This document shows positions 18,321-27,038 of a stretch of DNA of 29,683 bases, piece by piece. The position numbers and the translations under genes were made by a program. This DNA comes from a virus. Lineage: Duplodnaviria > Caudoviricetes. A model generated the notes under the pieces. It was not told where the DNA came from and did not search any database. It was given only the letters and a program-made list of their open reading frames with translations. Every line of letters starts with the position of its first letter. The first letter of the stretch is position 1. The DNA is taken from IMG/VR virus record IMGVR_UViG_3300027644_000039, positions 1 through 29,683 of that record. One strand, 5' to 3'.

Positions 18321-19381
18321 AGCTTGATATTATCAAACGTATCTTCAGTTATATTAGTATCACGTGCACCAATTTTATAAGCAGAAATCTCTGTCTCTTG
18401 AGGTGCAACTTGTACCTTGCTACTATCCAAATAACTATCAAGCCACCCTGCAATTGGATTTTCTTTTTGATTAAAAAGCTTTTTATACCCTAAGGAACGT
18501 AATCTATTATCACAAAGCCATTTTGTATAACCACCAAGAACGTCAGGGTTAAGCCCTAGTAGAGAACCTTTGCTGAACAAATATTGTGCCCACTCAATTT
18601 CATTTTTTACAGCTTGCTCATAAACTGCATATACTTTATCTTCACTCTTTTTAGCGATACTTGTAAATCCTTCTCTATCTTCTTCGCGGAATATCTTTAA
18701 AAGATTTTGAGTAATACCGAAGTGTAGCGCTTCATCGCGCTGAATAAACTTAATAATTTTCGCATTACCTTCCATTTTACCTCGGTAGCCAAAATAAAAA
18801 CTACAAGCAAAAGAGACATAAAATACAAGACCTTCCATTACATTTGTTGATAAAACACAATCATAAATTTTTTCTTTTTTGTCTTTCTTTTCATCTGAGC
18901 CAAGAATTTTATCATAATTACCTCTAATTAATTCTGCTCTACTTACAATCTCTTTATCCTCCATAATGCTATCAAAGAATTTTGTAGCGTCGGGATGAAC
19001 GTTATTAAGCAAATATGAATAGCTATAGCTATGAATACCTTCAAATCGTGCCCATGTATTCATACATATCTCTACTTCAGGATTGGTAACGTACTCTTTT
19101 AATGAATGTATAGACCTAGAGAGCATGCTATCTCCTAATGTTTGAAATCTTAAGTTCTGATCAAATACAAAGCGTTCTTCTGCAGTTAGCTCTTTATAAT
19201 CACTTCTATCTTTTTGCAAAGCGATTTCATGTGGCCACCAGAAAAACTCTTCTTGTTTTTTAAACAATTCAAAAAAGACTGGATACTTGAATCTATCATA
19301 TCTTTGTAAATTTAAATCTTCGCCAAAAAATATTGGCTGCTTTGTATAGTCGATGTTCTTAAGATTAAGTACAGATTTCAT
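18317..19381 (-). CDS. nrdB: Ribonucleotide reductase class Ia beta subunit
   Basis: FWWPHEI, QTLGDS, FEGIHSYSY (radical Tyr), EGLVFYVSF, RDEALH, VAPQETEISAY. Confidence 0.96.
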   Translation of the reverse strand: MKSVLNLKNIDYTKQPIFFGEDLNLQRYDRFKYPVFFELFKKQEEFFWWPHEIALQKDRSDYKELTAEERFVFDQNLRFQTLGDSMLSRSIHSLKEYVTNPEVEICMNTWARFEGIHSYSYSYLLNNVHPDATKFFDSIMEDKEIVSRAELIRGNYDKILGSDEKKDKKEKIYDCVLSTNVMEGLVFYVSFACSFYFGYRGKMEGNAKIIKFIQRDEALHFGITQNLLKIFREEDREGFTSIAKKSEDKVYAVYEQAVKNEIEWAQYLFSKGSLLGLNPDVLGGYTKWLCDNRLRSLGYKKLFNQKENPIAGWLDSYLDSSKVQVAPQETEISAYKIGARDTNITEDTFDNIKL

Positions 19382-19392
19382 ATAGGTATTTA

Positions 19393-21651
19393 TTATAACT
19401 TACAGGCTCCACTAGAGCAATCAGCTTCTTTATTAGTAGATTGTTCTTTATCACCATCATCTGTATTGTTATAGTATAAGCTTATAAGCCCCATGCTATA
19501 AGCATACATTAACTCTTTCATTACCTTAGCATCAGGTAAGATATTATTTTCATAATGACTATAATTGTAATAAATGTTTGTAGAAATAGCCATGTCAATA
19601 TATTTCTGAATAACGGCATTAACATTTATAATACCTGTATTGTCTTTAAAGTTATAAGCCAGTTCGTAGTTACTATCAAATTTACCAATACCTGGAACTA
19701 ATACCGGTAGCTTACCCATCTTAGATGTTTTATACGTCATTAAAGAGCGTACAGGTTCAACGCCGTTAGTAGAGCTTTGAATAACAGAGCTTGACTCACA
19801 AGGCATACAGCATGATAAAGTTGAGTGACGCAAGCCATGCTCTTTAATTTCTTTTCTTAATGCTTCCCAATCGAGATCGAGTTTTCTTTTACAAACGGTA
19901 TCAACATTCTTTTTGTATGTATCAATAGGCAGAATACCTTTAGCATATTTTGTTTGCTCATACTTTTCACATCTGCCTCTTTCTTTTGCAAGGTTAAGAC
20001 TTGATTTTAAAAGATAAAATTGAAAATGCTCCATATATTCATCAAGCAAGCTTAATGCTTGCTTAGAGTCATATGATACTTCGTTCTTAGCAAAAAAAGC
20101 AGCAAGATTGGTAATACCAATGCCTAAGCTGCGTCTCTTCTTAGCAAAATTTTCTGCTGCCTTATTAAAGTATGTCTGTATATCAATAATTTCTTCTAAG
20201 AAGCGAACAATTAAATCAGTAGTCTTTTCTAAGTCTTTCCAGTCCTTTATTTCAAGCATATTAATGGCAGATAAAATACACATACCAATTTCTGCATCCG
20301 GGTCATGGTAGTCATTAAGAGGTATAGTAGGATGAATGACTTCTGTGCAAAGATTACTCATAGTAATCTTATCTAACCATGAACTATGTTCATTGGCGGT
20401 ATCGACATTGAGAATATAAATTCTACCTGTCTCTACACGTTCTTTAACTATAAGAGAGAAAAGCTTTCTCGCGGAAATTTTCTTTTTTATCTTTATCTTT
20501 CTGTCCACTTCACAATCTTCGTATACTTTATTAAATTTTGAAGTGCCCCATGCTTCGTATAGATGCGGTACTTCATGCGGACTGAATAAGGTTAAATCTT
20601 CATTCTTAATAACTCTGTCATAAAATAATTTTGACATACCTACTGTATAATCTAATTTTCTTACTCGATTGTCGTCTGTACCAGCATTATTTTTTAGAAC
20701 AACAATATCATCAATTTCGTAATGCCACCATTGAATATTAGTAGTAGCTGAACCGCCTCGAAGCCCGTTCTGTTGCCATGCTTTAACTGAGGCCTCAAAA
20801 ATCTTTAAGAAAGGAATAATACCTGTATGTACAACCTCGCCATTATTAACCGGTGAACCAATCGCCCTTATTTTTGATACATCTATGCCGATACCGCAAC
20901 GACTTGCAGTAGCAATTGATACTGCAGTTCCAGAAGCTGTAATTGATTCTTTATTATCTTCAACTCCGATCAAGCAGCAGCTAGCATAACTTTTAGAGTT
21001 TGTTCTCAACCCTGCCATAATAGGAGTTGGTAGATTTATTTTATGTCTTGATATAGCGTTATAAAAACGATGAACATATTCTAAGCGAGTTTCTTTGGGG
21101 TAATTTATAAACGCATATAAAGCAATTAATATATATGCAAATTGTGGCGTTTCAAAAATTTTTCCTGTAACACGATTTTTAATAAGGTATTTGTCACACA
21201 GCTGTTTTATACCCGCGTATGTAAAATTTAAATCTCTATCGTGATCGATAACTTCACCGATTTTGTTTATTTCATCTTCTGAGTATTTTTCAATAATAGC
21301 ACTATCATAGACTTTCTTTTTTATACCTGCATGTATTACGTCAATAAGTCGAGGAGCATGTTTTCCACCCCATACATCTTTTCTGAGCTGATAATTGAGT
21401 AACCGACTGGCTACATATTGATAGTTTGGTTTTTCGAGTGAAATTAAATTAGCGGCCGAATCAATAATAACTTGATGAATGTCTTGTGTTGTTATATTTT
21501 CTGTAATATTAAGTTTAGCATTAATTTCAACTTCTGATAAACTAACTCCTGAAATGCCCTCTATTGCCCAGTTAATTACTTTATTAATTTTCTCAATATT
21601 AAATTTTTCAAACTCTCCGCTTCGCTTCTTAATCATTATTTGTGTGTTCAT
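19393..21651 (-). CDS. nrdA: Ribonucleotide reductase class Ia alpha subunit with ATP cone
   Basis: IKKRSG ATP cone, PTPIMAG, ASCCL, SNLCTE, GIGITN, C-terminal CSSGACKL. Confidence 0.97.
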   Translation of the reverse strand: MNTQIMIKKRSGEFEKFNIEKINKVINWAIEGISGVSLSEVEINAKLNITENITTQDIHQVIIDSAANLISLEKPNYQYVASRLLNYQLRKDVWGGKHAPRLIDVIHAGIKKKVYDSAIIEKYSEDEINKIGEVIDHDRDLNFTYAGIKQLCDKYLIKNRVTGKIFETPQFAYILIALYAFINYPKETRLEYVHRFYNAISRHKINLPTPIMAGLRTNSKSYASCCLIGVEDNKESITASGTAVSIATASRCGIGIDVSKIRAIGSPVNNGEVVHTGIIPFLKIFEASVKAWQQNGLRGGSATTNIQWWHYEIDDIVVLKNNAGTDDNRVRKLDYTVGMSKLFYDRVIKNEDLTLFSPHEVPHLYEAWGTSKFNKVYEDCEVDRKIKIKKKISARKLFSLIVKERVETGRIYILNVDTANEHSSWLDKITMSNLCTEVIHPTIPLNDYHDPDAEIGMCILSAINMLEIKDWKDLEKTTDLIVRFLEEIIDIQTYFNKAAENFAKKRRSLGIGITNLAAFFAKNEVSYDSKQALSLLDEYMEHFQFYLLKSSLNLAKERGRCEKYEQTKYAKGILPIDTYKKNVDTVCKRKLDLDWEALRKEIKEHGLRHSTLSCCMPCESSSVIQSSTNGVEPVRSLMTYKTSKMGKLPVLVPGIGKFDSNYELAYNFKDNTGIINVNAVIQKYIDMAISTNIYYNYSHYENNILPDAKVMKELMYAYSMGLISLYYNNTDDGDKEQSTNKEADCSSGACKL

Positions 21652-21695
21652 GGTTACTAGAAAAAGTATTTAATCTTTCTTACAAAGAAAAAAAA

Positions 21696-22277
21696 TTAAA
21701 AGTTATAATTTTTTACTACGGAGTGAATAAAGTTTTTTGTTGTTGTATTGTATATATTTTTATTACTTAAAACATAAATAACAAAATACCCTAACGCCTG
21801 AAATCCGTTAACAGAGTTAACATCTAACATATTTGTATATAAATCATTTTGCTTTAATTTAGTATTTGAAAAAATATTGAGGTGTTCACTGTCAATAGGG
21901 TATATACCTTTACGTAAATAAGCAAAACAGTTGTTACAGCTTAAATTATATTCATTAAGTAACTCCAAGTAATATTCCTTATTAATTTTTTCACCACTCG
22001 ATGTACCCAGCGCTTCAAGCTTATTAACCAGATAATTAAACTTAGGGTTAAGATTTATTTTTACCCCTCTAAAAAATTTGGGCATTATTGATTCACCAGG
22101 TACAAGATGAATAACGTTAATAGGATTATATTCTGGCTTTATAATCAAACGCTTTTGATCATATAAATTTTTTAATTGAAACCCCAGTAAGCAAAGCGGG
22201 TAGTCTCTATCTTCAAGATAAGAAAAAGAATCAATATCGAGCGGTTGCTCAGCGAGATCGGTATCTAACAAATTCAT
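21696..22277 (-). CDS. Hypothetical protein, 193 aa
   Basis: Long ORF with its own sigma70-type promoter; no motif recognised. Confidence 0.65.
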   Translation of the reverse strand: MNLLDTDLAEQPLDIDSFSYLEDRDYPLCLLGFQLKNLYDQKRLIIKPEYNPINVIHLVPGESIMPKFFRGVKINLNPKFNYLVNKLEALGTSSGEKINKEYYLELLNEYNLSCNNCFAYLRKGIYPIDSEHLNIFSNTKLKQNDLYTNMLDVNSVNGFQALGYFVIYVLSNKNIYNTTTKNFIHSVVKNYNF

Positions 22278-22283
22278 AACTCG

Positions 22284-22311
22284 ATTATATGAACTTGTTT
22301 ATCTATATCAA
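22284..22311 (-). promoter_or_regulatory. Sigma70-type promoter
   Basis: TTGATA-N16-TATAAT-N6-ATG(22277). Confidence 0.65.
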
Positions 22312-22799
22312 CCATTAAAACGCTTTAAAACTTCTGTCAGCAGTACAACCACTATCGATGTAAGAGATGCAAGAATAGAAGTTGTAATAGCTGCCTTAAA
22401 GTTCCATGCGCTGGTATTCTCTGAGTTACGGCGTCCAAATTCACTCGCTATTTGAGCAGAAATGTTATTAAAACGTTCGGTGACAACCTCAGTTACATGC
22501 TTAAACTTAAGTTCCATCTCTTTCTCGAGATTAACTAGTTTGTCATCAAAATTATTATCTAAATTTTTAACTTTATCATTTACAAAATTCACTAAATCAC
22601 CTGTACGCGCCTTTATTTCACCCTCAAGATTTTCAATTTGTGATTCTAGAGTTTCGTGATGAGATTTTAATTTACCTTCAAGATTTGATAGCTGTGTAAC
22701 AATAGAAGGCTTTCCGTTACCTTGATAAATTGCTTTATAAACTTGCTGCACTTCATCTTGCAGTTTTTTTATTGTTGGGCTTCCAGATCTTTTACGCAT
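22308..22799 (-). CDS. Coiled-coil protein with one C-terminal transmembrane helix (possible lysis/membrane protein)
   Basis: Heptad-rich body, then AAITTSILASLTSIVVVLL followed by KR. Confidence 0.6.
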   Translation of the reverse strand: MRKRSGSPTIKKLQDEVQQVYKAIYQGNGKPSIVTQLSNLEGKLKSHHETLESQIENLEGEIKARTGDLVNFVNDKVKNLDNNFDDKLVNLEKEMELKFKHVTEVVTERFNNISAQIASEFGRRNSENTSAWNFKAAITTSILASLTSIVVVLLTEVLKRFNG

Positions 22800-22800
22800 A

Positions 22801-23034
22801 TTACCTTACCTGAAATGAATATGACAAAATTCCTTTTGGTAAAGAGTAAACCTTTCCACGAAGGGAACCAGTCTGATCTTTAACAACAATTGTCATTTTA
22901 TTTTGTGTAACTACAGGGCCATTAACTATTTCCACATTACCAAGATTAATAGTATATGACTTAATACCTTTTCTAATATCAAAAACATTTACCTTATTTT
23001 TTCCTGATAAAACTGCAGAATAGAGCTTCTCCAT
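22801..23034 (-). CDS. Hypothetical small basic beta-strand protein
   Basis: 77-aa ORF; TAAATA-N6-ATG; TAA-T-ATG coupling to the next gene. Confidence 0.65.
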   Translation of the reverse strand: MEKLYSAVLSGKNKVNVFDIRKGIKSYTINLGNVEIVNGPVVTQNKMTIVVKDQTGSLRGKVYSLPKGILSYSFQVR

Positions 23035-23040
23035 ATTAAG

Positions 23041-23076
23041 TATTTATCGTTGTTAACCAGAAAAAATGCATAAATA
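23041..23076. promoter_or_regulatory. Divergent pair of late-type promoters
   Basis: TATTTA 23041-23046 (minus, gene 23034) and TAAATA 23071-23076 (plus, tail fibre). Confidence 0.65.
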
Positions 23077-23086
23077 ATATAAACCT

Positions 23087-24277
23087 ATGGCAGATACAAT
23101 TACAAAAATTTTAATTAGACAGGGAACAGATGTACAGCGACGTACAGCGGATTTAACAGGTGTTGTTTTTAGTAGTGGTGAGCCAGGCTATTGCGTTGAT
23201 ACAAAGCGACTATTTGTCGGCGACGGAAGTACACCTGGAGGCTTTGCTATCGGTATTCAGAATCTTGGCTCCGTAGGTTCTCTTTACGGTAGCTGGCAAA
23301 ATGGATTTTCTTTTGATGCAATAACACAGTTTAACAACAGAGGTGCTTTTGTTGGAGATATTATCTATGATAGAGATACGCGTGGATTATATTCACTAAC
23401 TAGCGTTACTACATTTCCACCACTAACAACAGATATAGTTAAATATGATTTTGCTACATTAATCAATAATCAGCAGTTTGTATATGATGAAAATGATGCG
23501 CTTAATATTAGGAACGGCGGTATCGGTAACAATCAGCTAAGCCTCAGCATTGTTGACGGTGTAACTTTATTCAAGCCCGCCTATAGTTCACCAATTACTA
23601 TTAAACAAGGTGGAGTTGATAATACAAGACTTGCTTTTGTACCGCCCAATACTCTTAAGGGTAATAATTCGTTTTTTGATGCTTATCCTCAAGATTTAGA
23701 TATTGGGTCAGGATGTGTCGTTGGTAGAACTAATACCTCCCAGCTCACTGCATTCCCTTTTAGCGTCATTCTTTCTCAAGCAACATTTAACTATACCAAC
23801 GGTATAATTGTTGATCAAGCTGCAACACCGCCGGTCTTTAAGCTGGATGAAAATTATTTTACTATTGGTGGTAATAGTATTACATTGCGCAAGGCAACAA
23901 CAGTAAGTCAGGCGTTCACAGTTAATAATAATGCTACTGTTAACGGCACATTTCGCTGTACTGGTGATATCGTTGCTTACTATGCGCCTTCTGATATAAA
24001 TTTAAAAGAAGACTTCAAACGAATTGAATCGCCTTTACAGAGAATACTTAACATCACAGGATATAGCTTCACCTGGAGAAAGGGAATACAAAATAGCGAC
24101 ATTCTTGTTGGTAGAGATTATGGCGTGATTGCACAAGAAGTAGAGAAAGAGCTTCCAGAGGTTGTAGCCACACGTGAAGATGGAACCAAGTCGGTAAGTT
24201 ATATAAAGTTAATACCTTTGTTAATTGAAAGCATTAAAGAGCTTAAGAAAGAGATTGACTCTTTAAAAAGTAAATGA
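23087..24277 (+). CDS. Tail fibre protein with Mtd_N-like N-terminus and C-terminal peptidase S74 intramolecular chaperone
   Basis: KILIRQG...GEPGY..DTKRLFVGDG...GG; C-terminal SDINLKE, YGVIAQEVE...PEVV, Y..LIPLLIESIKELK. Confidence 0.82.
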   Translation: MADTITKILIRQGTDVQRRTADLTGVVFSSGEPGYCVDTKRLFVGDGSTPGGFAIGIQNLGSVGSLYGSWQNGFSFDAITQFNNRGAFVGDIIYDRDTRGLYSLTSVTTFPPLTTDIVKYDFATLINNQQFVYDENDALNIRNGGIGNNQLSLSIVDGVTLFKPAYSSPITIKQGGVDNTRLAFVPPNTLKGNNSFFDAYPQDLDIGSGCVVGRTNTSQLTAFPFSVILSQATFNYTNGIIVDQAATPPVFKLDENYFTIGGNSITLRKATTVSQAFTVNNNATVNGTFRCTGDIVAYYAPSDINLKEDFKRIESPLQRILNITGYSFTWRKGIQNSDILVGRDYGVIAQEVEKELPEVVATREDGTKSVSYIKLIPLLIESIKELKKEIDSLKSK

Positions 24278-24471
24278 AGTTCGAAGAAACAATAAAAAAA
24301 CTTCTGGAGGGGTTTGTTGAATTCCGTCAATCGCAAGCAGCTCCAAGTACTGGGCCAGATCAGGGCATGACGTCAGGCGATCAACAAAATACATTTCCCA
24401 GTAAGATGGAAACGTTGCAATTAAAATTACCTAAGAAAAAAAAGAAGAAAAAAATTAACGAACGTTCTTAA
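24274..24471 (+). CDS. Small hypothetical protein with poly-Lys C-terminus
   Basis: ATGA overlap with tail fibre gene; MKFEETIKKLLE...LPKKKKKKK. Confidence 0.55.
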   Translation: MKFEETIKKLLEGFVEFRQSQAAPSTGPDQGMTSGDQQNTFPSKMETLQLKLPKKKKKKKINERS

Positions 24472-24988
24472 GAAAAGTGTGATGACCAATTGTATTGGTT
24501 ACAACAGCTTCAATATTTTTACCACCTACAGTTGGATTACTCCATTTAGGTGATACCTTTCCGGGACCACTTGATACATGATAGTGTGTTGCGCCATCTG
24601 TAATATCTTTGAGCTTGCCGGATAATCCTAAAAGAGCTACTTCTCGCGCTTTAGCCCAATTCGAATGTTTGGAGGCGCGTTGAATAATTTGACTCATTTC
24701 TTCTTTACCTGCATTATAATTATTAAAAAAACTAAATTGCTTGGGTTTTAAAACATTGCTTACAGCATTACGTACCAGGTCATTAGATCCTCTTGCTCTG
24801 TTTACAATAACATTCATTACAGCATGCATACCTTTTTCACCTTCACCACCTGCTTCACCAATTAATGCTGCTGCAATTACATCGATGTTTGTAATAGGTG
24901 CTTGAGCTTTCTGAACGATAGCTGGTGGCTGGGGTGGTAGATCAACAGCTGCTTCTAAAAGCTTCTCAAATTTATCTTTAAATCGCAC
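24455..24988 (-). CDS. Cell wall hydrolase, SleB/Hydrolase_2 family
   Basis: LIGEAGGEG..GM.AV.NVIVNR, QFS, DITDGATHYH, IG.HTF; GTG start 5 nt after TAAATA. Confidence 0.88.
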   Translation of the reverse strand: MRFKDKFEKLLEAAVDLPPQPPAIVQKAQAPITNIDVIAAALIGEAGGEGEKGMHAVMNVIVNRARGSNDLVRNAVSNVLKPKQFSFFNNYNAGKEEMSQIIQRASKHSNWAKAREVALLGLSGKLKDITDGATHYHVSSGPGKVSPKWSNPTVGGKNIEAVVTNTIGHHTFLKNVR

Positions 24989-24996
24989 CTAATTAT

Positions 24997-25572
24997 TTAA
25001 TTTAAAACGGCAACCTTTACGATCTTTGGATGTGAGTCTGCAAAATCAATAGCATCACTTTTATTAACAAAGAATACATCAATTACCGGTAACTTGCCAC
25101 CGGATGCTACCTTGTCTCTAACAGCAGTACCTGTATCAACAGCTTTAACTAAACCCACATTAGGAATAATTACTTCCTTCTGATATGGTATAATACGTGG
25201 ATCAACAGCAATAGAGTCACCTTGCTTGAGTGTATATCCAGTAGAACTTCTCATTCTACGACTATCAGCATCAGTACCACTGCCCCGGGCCCAATATACC
25301 GTCAATCTAACAGTAAGTACTTTATATTCACCGCTATCTGTTTTTGGGATGAAGGTACCATTATATTTTATACCATCTTTCTTCACTTCTATCTTTTTTG
25401 CGACCTCTTGTTCTTTTGTAGGTGTTAATGACTTTAGCTCTTTCTTTACATCACTAACAGTTAACTTCTTTTCTATCCGCTTAAAAGCAGACATGCTTAT
25501 AGGATTAGCAGTTAAAATTAGACCGATTACTATTAGTACTAGCTTGTTTGTTTTTGTGTTTTTTGTTTTCAT
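24997..25572 (-). CDS. Exported 3D-domain (MltA-like) protein
   Basis: Basic N-terminus plus hydrophobic helix; T.Y, IAVDPRIIP, AVDTG.AV, IDVF (three Asp). Confidence 0.82.
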   Translation of the reverse strand: MKTKNTKTNKLVLIVIGLILTANPISMSAFKRIEKKLTVSDVKKELKSLTPTKEQEVAKKIEVKKDGIKYNGTFIPKTDSGEYKVLTVRLTVYWARGSGTDADSRRMRSSTGYTLKQGDSIAVDPRIIPYQKEVIIPNVGLVKAVDTGTAVRDKVASGGKLPVIDVFFVNKSDAIDFADSHPKIVKVAVLN

Positions 25573-25631
25573 AGATTAAAAAGAGGTCGCTTAGCGACGA
25601 GCCTTTAGGGCGTTAATGTATGTCTTAATAT

Positions 25632-26090
25632 TTAATCTAGTCTAACGGATTCCCAAGGAAAGTCAAGCCAAACATTGTCGTCAAATTCTTTAATATGAAA
25701 ATTAGGAATAAATTGTGTCGACTTTTTTATGTAAAGGGTTGCAAATTTAAAGTTTGTAAACTCACATGATTCAAAATAATCTTTTGCAGCTAGAAGTGTT
25801 TTACCCTTGTCAGAAAGATCGTCAATAACAACTACTCTTTTTTCTCTAAATTCTGAATTAAATTTAAACCCCGGTATCTGACCAAATTCTAACTCCCCTG
25901 CTGTAAATTCACTATAAGATTTGATAGTAAAATTAACAACTGGTATGTCATATATGTAAGAAATAATAGTACCAGGAACTAAGCCACCGCGACCAATGGC
26001 AGCTATAGCATCACACGGACCAATTAAATTAGCTAATTCTTTGCAGTCCTTATTAACCTGCTCCCAAGTTAAGCTGATACGTTCAGGCAT
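25632..26090 (-). CDS. Purine phosphoribosyltransferase (Gpt/XGPRT-like)
   Basis: IGRGGLVPG, VVVIDDLSDKGKT (PRPP loop), WLDFPWE. ATG 26090 follows TTGATT-N16-TATAAT-N6. Confidence 0.85.
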   Translation of the reverse strand: MPERISLTWEQVNKDCKELANLIGPCDAIAAIGRGGLVPGTIISYIYDIPVVNFTIKSYSEFTAGELEFGQIPGFKFNSEFREKRVVVIDDLSDKGKTLLAAKDYFESCEFTNFKFATLYIKKSTQFIPNFHIKEFDDNVWLDFPWESVRLD

Positions 26091-26096
26091 CAATAC

Positions 26097-26124
26097 ATTA
26101 TATTTTAAAAATTAAGATAATCAA
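26097..26124 (-). promoter_or_regulatory. Sigma70-type promoter
   Basis: TTGATT-N16-TATAAT, 6 nt before ATG 26090. Confidence 0.65.
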
Positions 26125-26396
26125 ACCTTATCAAATACACTTGCTATATCCTTGTGAAGAGTGCTCATATTAACCATAATATATTCATAATCTTCTTTAA
26201 GCCCGCGGGCCGCTCTCTTGGACATATTGTTGAGCTCGGAGGCAATACGCTTCTTTAAAACATCTGCCTTCTCTTCATTTTCACTTCTTACACTACTGTA
26301 TTCGCGAGGTGAATACGTATAAGAATCTGTATTACGTGTGGTATTATTAATACCAGCATTATATGCTTCGGCTATAGCTTTATGATCTGGGGTCAC
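26121..26396 (-). CDS. Hypothetical protein, putative head-internal protein
   Basis: GTG 5 nt after TAAGTA; N-terminal D.KAIAEAY. Confidence 0.6.
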   Translation of the reverse strand: MTPDHKAIAEAYNAGINNTTRNTDSYTYSPREYSSVRSENEEKADVLKKRIASELNNMSKRAARGLKEDYEYIMVNMSTLHKDIASVFDKV

Positions 26397-26411
26397 TTAA
26401 ATACTTATGTT

Positions 26412-26645
26412 GTGGCTGACTCTGAATCTATAAAAAAACGCAAAGCTGCAGCCAAGAGAATACTTAGAGATATAGAGTTTTATAAGGTTTGTGTTGGCTG
26501 TGAATCAGTAATATTAAAAGAAGACATCTTCTGCCCGGTATGTGATGCTTATAGGTTTAATGAAGATCAAGAGTATACAAGAAGGGTTGTTGAAGAATTA
26601 TCAAAACGAGAGCAAGTAAGCATATTACCGAACGATTTTATCTAA
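26412..26645 (+). CDS. Small zinc-ribbon protein
   Basis: CVGC...CPVC; likely GTG start at 26412, 8 nt after TAAATA (the track starts it at 26382). Confidence 0.65.
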   Translation: MADSESIKKRKAAAKRILRDIEFYKVCVGCESVILKEDIFCPVCDAYRFNEDQEYTRRVVEELSKREQVSILPNDFI

Positions 26646-26786
26646 GGGAATGTAGTCGTTAAGATATCTAGAAAGCAAAATAACTCTTTTCATCATTTCA
26701 TCTTTTTTCATGCCTTTGTTCTTTTTAGCCTTATCGTAAAGGTCTAAAATTTCATCTGCGGTGACTTTTTTTCTGTCCACCTTCAT
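26625..26786 (-). CDS. 53-aa basic hypothetical protein (not in ORF track)
   Basis: MKVDRKKVTADEILDLYDKAKKNKGMKKDEMMKRVILLSRYLNDYIPLDKIVR; TAAATA-N5-ATG. Confidence 0.65.
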   Translation of the reverse strand: MKVDRKKVTADEILDLYDKAKKNKGMKKDEMMKRVILLSRYLNDYIPLDKIVR

Positions 26787-26797
26787 AATAATATTTA

Positions 26798-26837
26798 ATC
26801 TTATTCAAGTTGCATTCCTATGCAAGTATTATAATAT
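26798..26837. promoter_or_regulatory. Divergent promoter pair around a palindrome
   Basis: TTGCAT-TCCT-ATGCAA (26810-26825). Plus: TTGCAT-N16-TAATAT-N6-ATG(26844). Minus: TTGCAT-N16-TAAGAT. Confidence 0.5.
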
Positions 26838-26843
26838 AAACAT

Positions 26844-27038
26844 ATGTCAAACATCAATCCTCTCACACTACAAGAACATGTCGCAACCTTCACTGCCGAA
26901 TACGAAAAGTTTTCTGGTGGCAACAATGCCGCTGGTACTCGTGCCCGCAAGGCCCTTCAAGAAGTAATTAAGTTTGCTCGTGAAGCACGTAAGGGTGTTC
27001 AAGAAGAAAAGAACGCTCGTAAAGCTTCTAAGTCTTAA
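26844..27038 (+). CDS. Histone H1-like protein Hc1 family
   Basis: EKF..GNNAAGTRARKAL.E......RK signature; 64 aa, basic. Confidence 0.8.
   Translation: MSNINPLTLQEHVATFTAEYEKFSGGNNAAGTRARKALQEVIKFAREARKGVQEEKNARKASKS

Noticed and set aside
18317-21651. Introns or inteins in nrdA/nrdB
   Set aside because: Both ORFs are continuous and of normal length.
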